34,593 nt of DNA. It comes from a virus. Its lineage: Duplodnaviria > Caudoviricetes. The DNA lies in IMG/VR virus record IMGVR_UViG_3300026299_000009, positions 1 through 34,593 of that record, one strand, 5' to 3'. The notes below the pieces were generated by a model. It saw only the letters and a program-made list of their open reading frames with translations. It ran no database searches and was not told the origin of the DNA. Of this stretch, positions 1 to 9,135 are shown piece after piece. Each line of letters opens with the position of its first letter. Within the stretch, counting starts at the first letter, position 1. The position numbers and the translations under genes were made by a program.

Positions 1-1783
1 CGCGCTGGCGGTCGCGTTCGGCCTCGGCCGCCGCCCGGGCCAGCGCGCGCATCCGGTGCGCCTCGGCCTCGAGAAGGCCCATCTTGCGCTTGCGGATCTC
101 GACCTCGGCCTCGGCCAGCGCATTGGTCCGCAGCCGTTCGGCATTGCTGGCCCCGATCAGCCCGGTCTCGCGGGTGATCGCCGCCAGCCGGTCCTGCTGA
201 TCCGCCATCCAGTCGCGGCGGGCCTCAAGCGCCGCCTGTTCCTGCGCCGCCAGTTGCAGCGAGAGGCTGATCCGGGCGCGCAGCCAGTCGGCGCTGCCCT
301 TCTCGACCCCCATGCCCTTCAGGCGCAGATCGAGGTTCTCGCGCGCCTGCGCGGCCTTCAGCCGCTCGACCTCGATACTGTCCGACCCGAACCGCGCCGT
401 CACCGCCAGCAGGTCGGCCTCCTGACGGTGGCCGGTGACCATCTGGTCCACCTGCCGCTTCTTCGCCTCGGCCTGCGCGGTCTCGATCGCCTGAATGCCA
501 AGCAGGGTATCGGCCTGCTTCTTCAGCTGGTCGATCAGCTCCTGCTCATCCTTGGATATGCCGTCCTTCAGCCGGGCGAGATGATCGACCTCCTGCAGCA
601 GGGTCTGCATCGCGGCAATCTGGGCATCGATCCCTTCCGCCTTCTCAAAACCACGCACGGCATCGTCAAAGGCGCCAAGCGATGCCGCATAGGGCCGGGC
701 ATTGCCCCAGCCCGACCCGCCCAGATCGAAGAACTCCGCGATCCGGCCCTCATTGCCGCCGCGAAGGTTGTTCTCCTTCATCAGGCCCAGCATGTCGCGG
801 ACCGCATCACTGGTGGATTTCAGCTTCTGATCGACGCTGAGACGGTCCAGACCCGAGAGGATGGCATAGAGTTCCTGCGCCGCCGTGGCGCCGACCCCGA
901 ATTGCCGCGACAGATCTTCAGCGCTGGAACCCGCGAGATCGGCCGACCGCTTGTAACGGTCAAATGCCGTCGTCAGTTCGGCCATCCGCTCTTCGAGGGA
1001 TTTGCCGGAGGTCGCGAGAGACCCGAAGGCCTGAATGCCGACCGCCGCCAGCGTGGTGAAGCCGATGATGACAAGGTTCAGCGGACTGACGATTGCCCTC
1101 AGCCCCTGCAACAGCCCTCGTGCCGCCTGCGCGCCACCGCCCATCTGCTGCGCGATGCCTGCCAGCTGCGAACCCTGCTGCAGACCGATCATCAGCGGGT
1201 TCATCCCCATCGCCGCCGTCACGCCGATGTCGAAGCCCTGCGCCCCGATATTCGCCGTATAGGGATTGGGCCCGGCGCCGCCGCGCGAACCGGGACGCTG
1301 CACCGGGGCCAGCATGCTCTGCGCGGCCGCCGCCCGCGCGGCCCCCGCCTCGCGCGCCGAGATCGCCCCCAGCCGTTCCGCCTCGGCAATATCGCGCAGC
1401 GCCATCTCATACTGCCGCGAGGCCGCGAAGAGCGGATTGTAGCGTGCCCGGAGCTCGTCGAGCATCAGCCCGTGCCGCAGGCCCGAGGCCGTGCTGTCTT
1501 CCGTGGCCCGCGACAGCCCCGACCAGGCGGCAATCGCCCGCTGCATCGCGGTTTCCTGCGCGGCGAGCGCGGTGGTCATGCCAACGAGCCCGGTCTGGGC
1601 ATGGCGCGCCCCGGCGGCAAGGCCCTCCAGCACCGGCGTGGTGGCGCCACCGGCCGAGGCCAGATCCCGCGCCCCGACCGCAACGCCCCGCGTCGCCTGC
1701 GTCAGATCCGCCATCTCGCGCCGGGCCTGATCGGCCACCACGCGGATCAGCATGTCGAGATTGATCTTGCCATCGGCGGTCAT
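1..1783 (-). CDS. tail tape measure protein, 5' part (runs off left edge; absent from ORF track)
   Basis: Manual translation from ATG 1783: MTADGKINLDMLIRVVADQARREMADL...DELRARYNPLFAASRQYE...NIGAQGFDIGVTAAMGMNPLMIGLQQGSQL, lambda-type tape measure motif; Ala-rich; follows tail chaperones. Confidence 0.9.
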   Translation of the reverse strand, partial: MTADGKINLDMLIRVVADQARREMADLTQATRGVAVGARDLASAGGATTPVLEGLAAGARHAQTGLVGMTTALAAQETAMQRAIAAWSGLSRATEDSTASGLRHGLMLDELRARYNPLFAASRQYEMALRDIAEAERLGAISAREAGAARAAAAQSMLAPVQRPGSRGGAGPNPYTANIGAQGFDIGVTAAMGMNPLMIGLQQGSQLAGIAQQMGGGAQAARGLLQGLRAIVSPLNLVIIGFTTLAAVGIQAFGSLATSGKSLEERMAELTTAFDRYKRSADLAGSSAEDLSRQFGVGATAAQELYAILSGLDRLSVDQKLKSTSDAVRDMLGLMKENNLRGGNEGRIAEFFDLGGSGWGNARPYAASLGAFDDAVRGFEKAEGIDAQIAAMQTLLQEVDHLARLKDGISKDEQELIDQLKKQADTLLGIQAIETAQAEAKKRQVDQMVTGHRQEADLLAVTARFGSDSIEVERLKAAQARENLDLRLKGMGVEKGSADWLRARISLSLQLAAQEQAALEARRDWMADQQDRLAAITRETGLIGASNAERLRTNALAEAEVEIRKRKMGLLEAEAHRMRALARAAAEAERDRQR

Positions 1784-1786
1784 GTT

Positions 1787-2131
1787 TTACCTGCTGTTCA
1801 ATGCGTCTTTTGCAGCGGCCTCGACGGTCTGGAACCCGGCCCAGAGTTCGGGGGTGATCGCGATGCCGGCGCTGTCCCAGGCGGCGCGGCAGGCGGCGTA
1901 ATCGAGACCGAGCCAGAGGGGCGGCCCGCCGAAGACTGGCGAGACCCGCCACTGGTTGCTGACCGCAAAGAAGGCCTCGAGCGCGGGCAGGTTCTCGGCC
2001 CAGAGCCCGAAGCTCCGGTCGGCCTCCTCAAGGGCCAGCCCGAAGAAGGCCGCATCGGCTTCGGCCGCGCGGCGATCCGCGCCGGAGAAGCCGCCCCCGG
2101 CCCAGACCCGCCCCGCCGCGCTCAGTTTCCC
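1787..2131 (-). CDS. tail assembly chaperone, frameshifted C-terminal part (DUF1799-like, gpT equivalent)
   Basis: -1 frame open from GGGAAAC at 2131 to TAA 1787: ...GLWAENLPALEAFFAVSNQWRV...LGLDYAAC...; contains no ATG. Confidence 0.85.
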   Translation of the reverse strand, partial: GKLSAAGRVWAGGGFSGADRRAAEADAAFFGLALEEADRSFGLWAENLPALEAFFAVSNQWRVSPVFGGPPLWLGLDYAACRAAWDSAGIAITPELWAGFQTVEAAAKDALNSR

Positions 2132-2451
2132 CGCTTCGCGCCCAGCATCGCCGCGTTGTAGGTCTCCAGCAGCGCCACCCGCACGAAGGGCAGATCGATC
2201 ATCCGGTCGCGGTTCGCATCATTGAAGGCGATCTCCTCGCCCGCATCATCGACCACACCCTCCCAGCCGGTCAGGATCTCGCGCAGATAGGTCGCGGTCC
2301 CCTCGGCCGTCATCGTGTCATGGGCCGTGACCTCGCTGACCGGCAGCGCCCGGAACCGCGCGGTGAAGGTCTGGGTGTCATGCCCGCCATCGACAGGCAC
2401 CGAGAGTTTGACGGTGTGCGAGAACTCGGGCTTTTGCAGCAGCTTGAACAA
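2122..2451 (-). CDS. tail assembly chaperone (lambda gpG equivalent)
   Basis: 109 aa between tube and tape measure, GWEGV motif, ends AKRGN-stop over a slippery heptamer. Confidence 0.88.
   Translation of the reverse strand: MFKLLQKPEFSHTVKLSVPVDGGHDTQTFTARFRALPVSEVTAHDTMTAEGTATYLREILTGWEGVVDDAGEEIAFNDANRDRMIDLPFVRVALLETYNAAMLGAKRGN
2125..2131 (-). promoter_or_regulatory. -1 programmed ribosomal frameshift site G GGA AAC
   Basis: XXXYYYZ heptamer in the correct phase immediately before TGA. Confidence 0.85.
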
Positions 2452-2463
2452 GGGAAGGCTCCT

Positions 2464-3402
2464 TCAGGTGAATGCGAGGGTCAGCTGGTCATTGCCACTG
2501 TCCGGCAGGGGCACGCCGCGCAGCGGCCATTCGACGATGCGGTTCTGCTGTTCGAGGCCAGAGGGGCGCTGCAGCTGCAGGCGCGGCACCGTCAGGGTGC
2601 AGATCTTCCCGGCGCCGGTGCCATGCACGAGGCTCAGCGGCACCAGACCGCCCGCCGCCGCCAGCGCATAGGGGTTCAGCGTGGCCAGCGGCACCGCCTC
2701 GACGGTGAAGTCGATCATCTCGGAGATCTTCTCGATGATCACGCTTTCGGAACCGATCAGGAACCGGGTCGAGACGGTATTGCCAAGGTTCAGCGCCAGC
2801 GAGCGCAGCACCAGCGCGGTCGCATCCACCGTGAACGTGGGCGTATTGGCCGAGGTCGCCACCTGCGGGAACTGGCTGAGCTGGGTGCCGAGCGTGACCG
2901 CGGGCAGCGCCTGCGACGACGGCTGCACGAAGAGCCCGGTCAGTTCCGCCTCCAGATAGACGATGCCCTGGGCATTGACCCGCAGCGTGCCGGTGCCGCG
3001 CGCGCCGAGGATCTTGTAGAGCGTGCCCGCGATATTGAGGCAGATCGTGGCCGAGGAATGGTTCTTCGACACCCGGCTGTAGGTCACCGAAGCCCCGGCG
3101 GCGATCACCTCGGCAAAGCCAAGCGCCTTCAGGACCGGCCCGAAGGCCGGGGCGCTGCCCGCCGTGCCCGACCCCTTCAGCTCGACCTTGAAGGAGAGCT
3201 TCGCATGCAGCCCGGTCGGAATGGTGCCCGAGGCGCCCATCCACGGCATCTCCAGCGCCCGGTCCACATCCTGCCCCTCCATCGGCGAGAGCCGCACATC
3301 GGTGACAAGGAGCGCATTCGCCGCGCCGGTGGGCGTGGCATCGACCCCGTAGCTGGTCTCGGTCTTGAGGAGGAGGGTTTTCTCGTCCCAGTAAAGCGGC
3401 AT
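2464..3402 (-). CDS. major tail (tube) protein
   Basis: 312 aa, N-terminal LLLKTETSYGVDATP typical of siphophage tube proteins; position upstream of chaperone. Confidence 0.85.
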   Translation of the reverse strand: MPLYWDEKTLLLKTETSYGVDATPTGAANALLVTDVRLSPMEGQDVDRALEMPWMGASGTIPTGLHAKLSFKVELKGSGTAGSAPAFGPVLKALGFAEVIAAGASVTYSRVSKNHSSATICLNIAGTLYKILGARGTGTLRVNAQGIVYLEAELTGLFVQPSSQALPAVTLGTQLSQFPQVATSANTPTFTVDATALVLRSLALNLGNTVSTRFLIGSESVIIEKISEMIDFTVEAVPLATLNPYALAAAGGLVPLSLVHGTGAGKICTLTVPRLQLQRPSGLEQQNRIVEWPLRGVPLPDSGNDQLTLAFT

Positions 3403-3570
3403 TTATTCCTCCTTTACGGCGGGTTTTGCGGGCTTTGCCGCAGGCGGTTTCCGGGGAGCAGGTTCGGCGGGCACAGGTTCGGGGGCGGCCTCGTCGAGCG
3501 GGGTCAGGCTGCCATCGGCATTGCGGATGTAGCTGCCGCCCTCGGCGGGCAGCGGATGGGGCGCGGTCAT
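3403..3570 (-). CDS. small Pro/Ala/Lys-rich phage protein (55 aa)
   Basis: ATG 3570 overlaps upstream stop (ATGA), GAGG SD; MTAPHPLPAEGGSYIRNADGSL. Confidence 0.7.
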   Translation of the reverse strand: MTAPHPLPAEGGSYIRNADGSLTPLDEAAPEPVPAEPAPRKPPAAKPAKPAVKEE

Positions 3571-4001
3571 CGCGATATCCTCAGCTGGTTGGAAAGGGCG
3601 AGGTCGATCTGGTAGAGGATCAGCCCCGCATTCATGCTCATCAGGCTGCCCCGGACGAGCCGCAGCACCCCGGTGGCGGGACCGGCCGGGCACCAGCCGC
3701 ACAGCGCGCCCAGCACCGCATCGATCAGCGCCTTCAGCGGATCGCCGCCGCGCTGGCCCGCCGCGTCATGCACCCGCAGCGCCAGCATCACTGTCAGGAT
3801 CTCGTCGGTGTCCTGCACATAGGCCCCGGCGGCGGTGGCGACATGGCCGCCCTGAATGCCCGCAGGCAGCACGAAGGCGGCAGGCGTCTTCGCGGGCAGC
3901 TTGCCCGCCTCGATCAGCCTGCCAAAATCGACCGCCCCCGCCACCCGGCCGGTCAGGGCCGGGACCGTATCCGACAGCCGTGCGGAGATCGCCCCGATCA
4001 T
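3567..4001 (-). CDS. tail terminator / Mu gp37-like protein
   Basis: 144 aa, TPAAFV and ALCGWCP motifs, follows gp36. Confidence 0.8.
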   Translation of the reverse strand: MIGAISARLSDTVPALTGRVAGAVDFGRLIEAGKLPAKTPAAFVLPAGIQGGHVATAAGAYVQDTDEILTVMLALRVHDAAGQRGGDPLKALIDAVLGALCGWCPAGPATGVLRLVRGSLMSMNAGLILYQIDLALSNQLRISR

Positions 4002-4429
4002 CAGATGTAGCCCCGCAGGTTCTCTGCGGTCAGCGGGCGGTCGCGGTCGGTGAGCCGCGCGCCGGTGCCGCCGGTTTCCACCGGGGCAAGCGTGGTGGCA
4101 TGCAGCACGACAGACCCGGCGGCCATGCCCTCGAGCGTCTTCATCGCCTCCTTGTAATCGGCTTCGATCTTCTCGTCGGGCTTGTAGACATGCAGTTTCC
4201 AGATCGCGATGGCCTCGGCGATCTCGCGGATCTCCGGCGGCGTCTCCGCCAGCGGCACCACGAAGCGGGTGCCGAGGCGGCCGTTGATCGTGGCATCGGC
4301 ATTGGCCAGCGCCCGCGCCACCACCACGGTATCGATCCCCCCGGCCGGAGGCGTCGCGCGGTCGGTGATGCCGAGCAGCATGTCGGCGCCATAGCGTTCG
4401 GTCAGGTTCTCGAGCGTGGCATAGGTCAT
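4001..4429 (-). CDS. head-tail adaptor, Mu gp36-like (DUF1320)
   Basis: MTYATLENLTERYG, ALANADATINGRL..RF..PL, YKEAMKTL motifs. Confidence 0.9.
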   Translation of the reverse strand: MTYATLENLTERYGADMLLGITDRATPPAGGIDTVVVARALANADATINGRLGTRFVVPLAETPPEIREIAEAIAIWKLHVYKPDEKIEADYKEAMKTLEGMAAGSVVLHATTLAPVETGGTGARLTDRDRPLTAENLRGYI

Positions 4430-4461
4430 CGGATACAGGGCTTTCCGGCAGGGGATCGGCC

Positions 4462-4483
4462 CCGGCGGCGCGCAGGCCGCCGG
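4462..4483 (-). other. GC-rich intergenic hairpin after the capsid cluster (mRNA stabiliser or weak terminator)
   Basis: CCGGCGGC-N6-GCCGCCGG perfect 8-bp stem, no U-tract. Confidence 0.45.
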
Positions 4484-4489
4484 ATGGCG

Positions 4490-4807
4490 CTAGAGAGTTT
4501 CGAGATCATCCCAGCTGGCATCGGCCAGCGCGCCGGTGCCCTTCAGTCCGGTGAACCCGGCCAGGGTCAGCGGGATCGGATCACCGGGGGCAAAGCGGTA
4601 GCCGTCATGCTCGATGGCGCTGGCCACCGTGGCGATCCGGCGCTCGGGCAGGAATTCGGGCGCCGTGCCCTTGGGCAGGATCGGGGCAAGGTTGGGGCCG
4701 ACCGCAGCCACGGCCTGCAGCAGGGCCGCCTCTGCCGTATCCGGGGGGATGGCTGGGGTGATGGCCGGGGCGCTTTCCCCGGCCGGCGATGCGGGACGCT
4801 TTGCCAT
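4490..4807 (-). CDS. hypothetical head-associated protein (105 aa)
   Basis: ATG 4807 directly after capsid stop; IEHDGYRFAPGD resembles small DUF7210-like capsid-adjacent proteins. Confidence 0.7.
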   Translation of the reverse strand: MAKRPASPAGESAPAITPAIPPDTAEAALLQAVAAVGPNLAPILPKGTAPEFLPERRIATVASAIEHDGYRFAPGDPIPLTLAGFTGLKGTGALADASWDDLETL

Positions 4808-4808
4808 G

Positions 4809-5783
4809 TCACTGCACCGCATTCTGGACGAAGTAGCCGACGTCCCTTGCGATCACGAGTTCCTTGACCCGCTCGCCCGTCCGCACCCGGTAGCCGCCCT
4901 GCAGCCCGACATCCGGGTCTTCGATCCGGCCCGAGATCCGGCCGCCATATTCGGCGGTGGCGCCGAAGGTGATGCCGCCGCGCTCGACCGAAGCGCCGGG
5001 GTTGAGGTGCAGCATGGCCAGATGCTTGCCCCAGCACCGGCTGAGCGACGGCGCCTGACCGGGCTTCGCTGTATTCACCCAGGCATCGCCGATCAGCAGC
5101 CGTTGCAGCCCCTCGCCCGAGAAGAGCTCGATGAACTGCTCGCGGCTCACGAGGCCCGAGGTCTGGGTGCCGCCCTTGATCGCATTGACGATGATCGGAT
5201 GCGAGGACAGCTTCGACCAGACCGGCCGCCCCATCACCCAGGTATTCGGGCGATAGACCAGCGTCGATTCCTGCCCGGTCTTCAGCGCGGTGATCGGGTC
5301 CGAATTGGCGTAATCCGACCATTGCGAGCTGCCCGACAGCGTGACCCTTTTGTCGGCGGCATAGGTGTTGAGGTTGTGGACCAGCCCCGCCACCCGCACC
5401 TCGCGGATGTTCTGCAGCACATCGGTCAGCATCTCGACCGCATGGCTTTCCGGGTCGATGGCCGACAGGCCCCGGGCGCGGGCATTGGCGGCGGCCTCGA
5501 CATCGGAATGCACGATGGGCGCGTCGAAGCCGTAATCCTCGACGGCGGATTCCTTCTCCTCGCCGGTGAACTCCAGCTGCTGCACGCGGCCCTTGCGGCC
5601 GACCCGGCCGTCAGGAATGGCGAAGGCATCGGCCAGCGGATATTCGGTCCATTTGAAGATCTCGCCGCCGACCGTCTGACGCGGCAGAACCTCGTCGGCG
5701 ATATAGGTGATCGACGGGTTGCGATAGCCGACCGAGATGGCGGTCAGGACGGGATCGACGGTAAACGGGCGTTTCGGGGCCAT
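4809..5783 (-). CDS. major capsid protein
   Basis: 324 aa, DPVLTAISVGYRN..YIADEVLP and QWSDYANSDPI motifs, strong GAGGAG SD, downstream of protease. Confidence 0.9.
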   Translation of the reverse strand: MAPKRPFTVDPVLTAISVGYRNPSITYIADEVLPRQTVGGEIFKWTEYPLADAFAIPDGRVGRKGRVQQLEFTGEEKESAVEDYGFDAPIVHSDVEAAANARARGLSAIDPESHAVEMLTDVLQNIREVRVAGLVHNLNTYAADKRVTLSGSSQWSDYANSDPITALKTGQESTLVYRPNTWVMGRPVWSKLSSHPIIVNAIKGGTQTSGLVSREQFIELFSGEGLQRLLIGDAWVNTAKPGQAPSLSRCWGKHLAMLHLNPGASVERGGITFGATAEYGGRISGRIEDPDVGLQGGYRVRTGERVKELVIARDVGYFVQNAVQ

Positions 5784-5795
5784 GGGTTACTCCTC

Positions 5796-6176
5796 TCAGG
5801 CGCGGTCGAGCAGGCTCGGCGCGAGCCAGATATCGATGATGTCGCCGGCAACCCCCGGCTGGATGGCGAAGCCGACCACCCGGCGGGTGGTGGCAGCGGC
5901 GGCGCTGGCCGCGATGGCCTTGCCCTCGGCATCGGCCATCAGCGGCGTCCCGGCGGTGACGGTGCCGCCCAGATCGACCGCCGCCATGCCCGCCAGGACG
6001 ACATCACACATGCCGCCCGCCTCGGCGCCCATCGCCTCGGACACCCCGAGGGCGGGGGCGGTCGCGGTGGCCGCCTGCGCGATCTTCGACGAGGCGGCGA
6101 CATCGGAGAAGGCCACGATGCGGCGGCCCGCGATGGCGGCCGAGGCCTCGAAGGCCCGGATGAAGGTCGGGATCAT
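5796..6176 (-). CDS. capsid cement/decoration protein (DUF2190-like)
   Basis: 126 aa Ala/Gly-rich, GGTVTAGTPLMADAEGKA and AGDIIDI motifs. Confidence 0.8.
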   Translation of the reverse strand: MIPTFIRAFEASAAIAGRRIVAFSDVAASSKIAQAATATAPALGVSEAMGAEAGGMCDVVLAGMAAVDLGGTVTAGTPLMADAEGKAIAASAAAATTRRVVGFAIQPGVAGDIIDIWLAPSLLDRA

Positions 6177-6745
6177 TGCTTGCCCTCCGAAACGGCGGTG
6201 ACGGCGGCGGTCCAGCCGAGGTCGATCCCGGCGGCCTTCTGCCTGGCCTGATAGGCCCGCGCCCGGGTGACCAGATCGCCGCTGTCGGCGGCCTGCAGCG
6301 CGATCTCGCCCGAGGGCAGTTCGGCCGTGACCGCAGGCATGGCGCCGATCAGCTCCTCGGTGCCCTGCGCATCGGCCATATGCATGGCGATGTAGCGCTC
6401 GCGCATCGGCTTCACGCCGACCCGGCCCTCGCTGATCGCCCCGTCCACGAAGGCGGTGGCCCGGTCGCGGGCGGTGGTGTCCTGCAGCGCCTTCAGCCGG
6501 GTCGAGACATCGGCCAGTTCGGATTGCAGGGCGGTGATCTCGGCCGGTTGCGCGGTGGTCCGCGCCTGCGCGGCGGCGAGGATCGCCTCGGGCGTGGCTT
6601 CGGTCACGCCAAGCGCCAGCCCGATCTGGCCCAGGTGCGACTGCAGCGCGGTCTGCGGCTGCTTCAGGGTTCCGATGGCCCCGAGGATCTGATCCTCGGT
6701 GGCATCATCGGCAAGGCCCAGGGCCTTGGCGACGGCAGGGGTCAT
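6173..6745 (-). CDS. scaffolding protein Z from internal in-frame start (190 aa)
   Basis: GGAG-N6-ATG just after the protease domain; helical Ala-rich sequence; Mu I/Z arrangement. Confidence 0.65.
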   Translation of the reverse strand: MTPAVAKALGLADDATEDQILGAIGTLKQPQTALQSHLGQIGLALGVTEATPEAILAAAQARTTAQPAEITALQSELADVSTRLKALQDTTARDRATAFVDGAISEGRVGVKPMRERYIAMHMADAQGTEELIGAMPAVTAELPSGEIALQAADSGDLVTRARAYQARQKAAGIDLGWTAAVTAVSEGKQ

Positions 6746-7195
6746 GGAGGTCTCCATATGCAGGGAAGTGAGGCCCCGGAAATTGGGCCGGTTGGTCAGC
6801 GAGGCGCGGGCGATGGCGAGGATGCGCTTGGCGCCGTCATGGATCACCGCCGGGCTGATCCCGAGATAGGCCCGGTCGGCCACCAGGGCGCGGCCGGTCT
6901 CGGTCCAGTCCACCCGGCCCCAGATGCCGTCGGCGCGCGCCTGCAGCTCGACGACATAGCCCCGGGCGGGCGAGGCCTCGCCGCGCGGGGCGGCGAGGTC
7001 GATGGCATGGTTCTCGTCGATGGGAAGCTTCCCCGTCGAGGCGGCAATCACCGCCTGCGGATCGACAAGCCGGTAGGGACCGCGCGCATCGGCGGTCAGG
7101 ATCTCCGCCCCGGCCGGGATCAGATGGATCCAGTCAGGGGCACCGCCCTCAGGCAGCGACGTGGATTGAAGCGAGATGATCTGCGGGTTCGACAT
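6173..7195 (-). CDS. Mu-like prohead protease I (with nested scaffold)
   Basis: WIHLIPAG, PIDENH, GIWGRVDWT, YLGISP, ASLTNRPN motifs; start chosen at MSNPQ. Confidence 0.92.
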   Translation of the reverse strand: MSNPQIISLQSTSLPEGGAPDWIHLIPAGAEILTADARGPYRLVDPQAVIAASTGKLPIDENHAIDLAAPRGEASPARGYVVELQARADGIWGRVDWTETGRALVADRAYLGISPAVIHDGAKRILAIARASLTNRPNFRGLTSLHMETSMTPAVAKALGLADDATEDQILGAIGTLKQPQTALQSHLGQIGLALGVTEATPEAILAAAQARTTAQPAEITALQSELADVSTRLKALQDTTARDRATAFVDGAISEGRVGVKPMRERYIAMHMADAQGTEELIGAMPAVTAELPSGEIALQAADSGDLVTRARAYQARQKAAGIDLGWTAAVTAVSEGKQ

Positions 7196-7201
7196 GAACC
7201 C

Positions 7202-7251
7202 AACATCCCCCGACAGCCAAAACCAAAACATCCGCAACGGTGTGCGGATGT
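7202..7251 (-). promoter_or_regulatory. late promoter of head operon: activator palindrome plus candidate -10
   Basis: ACATCCGCA-N6-TGCGGATGT (7228-7251), T-tract, GATGTT at 7207-7202; same motif at 16908 and 24337. Confidence 0.75.
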
Positions 7252-7400
7252 GATGGGGTCAAGGGGGGGGCGTGGAGGGACGACACTATATGTATGTTGA
7301 CTATTCGGACCGATGCCACCTTGTTGCGCGCGCACTTTACGAGAGGATCTTCTGTGCTAGTAGTTGAAGATAAATCGCGACAACCAACTTGTAGGGTCCA

Positions 7401-9008
7401 ATGTACATTACCAAAATCCGGCTAAAGAACGGCTACAAACGCTTCCACGACCTTACAATTGATTTAGGCGAAAAACCCGCTCGCATAGTTGCTTTGGTGG
7501 GGCCGAACGGCTGCGGCAAGAGTAGCGTGCTGGATGGCCTCTTGTATCACGCAAGTGCTCTTGGGAAAATTGGAAGAAATGCAAATCGCGATCCCAACTA
7601 CCATTCAATGACTGATAATAAAGCCACATGGCAGGATATCGATATTCAATTTACTGTTGGAAACTTCGTTCAGGTTCGGAAATCAAGAGAAGCCTCTGGA
7701 AGCGAAAATACTATTTTTTCATTCCGCAGCCCATATCGCTACAATAGCGAGCTCAAAGTCAAAGAAACTCTTGCCGTACCAAGAATTAGCTTAAATTCTT
7801 ACGGCGCAGGCGACGCATCCAGTTTAGATGCCAAGATGGAGGAAAACTATCGCCGCCTTTATGCTGCTTACAATCGATATCGCGATGACAATGACCTCAG
7901 GCCGAGCGAGGCTAAAAACAAAATTATAGGCGACCTGAATGCCTCAATCAAGAACTGTATTGATTTGGAAATTTCCAGCCTAGGAAACGTCGAGGGTAAT
8001 CAAGGGACAATTTACTTCAAGAAACCGGGGCACCCAAAGGAATTTGAATTTGATGTTCTGTCCTCCGGGGAGAAAGAAGTGGTCGACATTTTGCTCGACC
8101 TCTACCTGCGAAAGGATGACTATGACGACTCGATTTTCCTAATCGACGAACCTGAGCTACATATCAACACGGCGATACAAGGCAACCTGCTCGTCGAAAT
8201 CGATAGATTGGTCGGACCTAACTGCCAGATTTGGCTGACAACCCACAGTATCGGCTTTCTCAGGGCGTTGCAGACCCAAATGTCCGATAAATGCCAAGTG
8301 ATCCATTTCCGCTCCGAGTATAATTTGGCATCGGAAGCGCGCACTTTAACTCCGGTCAAAGTCAGTCCAGGCACTTGGCGTGAGCTGTTTTCCGTCGCGT
8401 TAGACGACTTGGCGCTTCTGGTCACTCCTTCAACCATCATCTACTGTGAGGGGAGGGCTGAACCCGGCGCGGGTGGCCGAGAAAGAGGATTGGACGCGCA
8501 GGTTTTCAACAACATCTTTGCGCAGTCCCACCCCGAGGCATTTTTCATTTCGAGCGGCGGGAACACCGAGCCCGACCAGCGCAGTGAGATTGCAATAGCA
8601 ATCCTCGGGAAGGTATTCCCCACTGTGGAGATATTGGTGCTCAAGGATCGGGACATGGCGTCAGGAAAGGAAACGAACGAACATGATCGCCGAGTTTATT
8701 TAAGAACCAATCCTAAGAATCATAGACTTCTTGAACGCTGGGAGATCGAAAATTACCTCTTCGACAAAGAAGTTCTGCAAGCTTACTGCACCGGTGAGGG
8801 TTTACACTTTGATGAACAGGCTTATGACAAGTTCGTGACCAGCGTCGTCAATCAAGACCTTAAGGGTGAAGTGCAGCGGATAAAGAGCTTTTGCGGTATC
8901 AAAAACAGTATCAGCCCTGATGTTTTCAAAATCGCCTTATCCAAGTATATGAGCTCTGGAATGTCCGTGGTCCGTGAGCTTGAAAGCTGTATATTTACTC
9001 CGACGTGA
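7401..9008 (+). CDS. ABC-type ATPase fused to TOPRIM-like domain (OLD/PARIS-like putative defence nuclease)
   Basis: Walker A GPNGCGKS, signature LSSGEK, Walker B FLIDEPE, H-loop TTHS, C-terminal IIYCEG / DRD / EIENYL; AT-richer and on opposite strand to flanks. Confidence 0.85.
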   Translation: MYITKIRLKNGYKRFHDLTIDLGEKPARIVALVGPNGCGKSSVLDGLLYHASALGKIGRNANRDPNYHSMTDNKATWQDIDIQFTVGNFVQVRKSREASGSENTIFSFRSPYRYNSELKVKETLAVPRISLNSYGAGDASSLDAKMEENYRRLYAAYNRYRDDNDLRPSEAKNKIIGDLNASIKNCIDLEISSLGNVEGNQGTIYFKKPGHPKEFEFDVLSSGEKEVVDILLDLYLRKDDYDDSIFLIDEPELHINTAIQGNLLVEIDRLVGPNCQIWLTTHSIGFLRALQTQMSDKCQVIHFRSEYNLASEARTLTPVKVSPGTWRELFSVALDDLALLVTPSTIIYCEGRAEPGAGGRERGLDAQVFNNIFAQSHPEAFFISSGGNTEPDQRSEIAIAILGKVFPTVEILVLKDRDMASGKETNEHDRRVYLRTNPKNHRLLERWEIENYLFDKEVLQAYCTGEGLHFDEQAYDKFVTSVVNQDLKGEVQRIKSFCGIKNSISPDVFKIALSKYMSSGMSVVRELESCIFTPT

Positions 9009-9135
9009 TCTCTTGGACGGTTTCAACGTGAAGAAGTATGATCACTGGTGAGTTTGCTCCAGCAGGAACCAGCACTTAGTTCGGAGCACCCGCGAGCAAT
9101 GTCTGATTGGCACCGACCATCCGCAATGGGCCGAC

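Noticed and set aside
9118..9130. CATCCGCAATGG half-match to the late motif after gpG
   Set aside because: Second arm and T-tract missing; chance match or relic of the moron insertion
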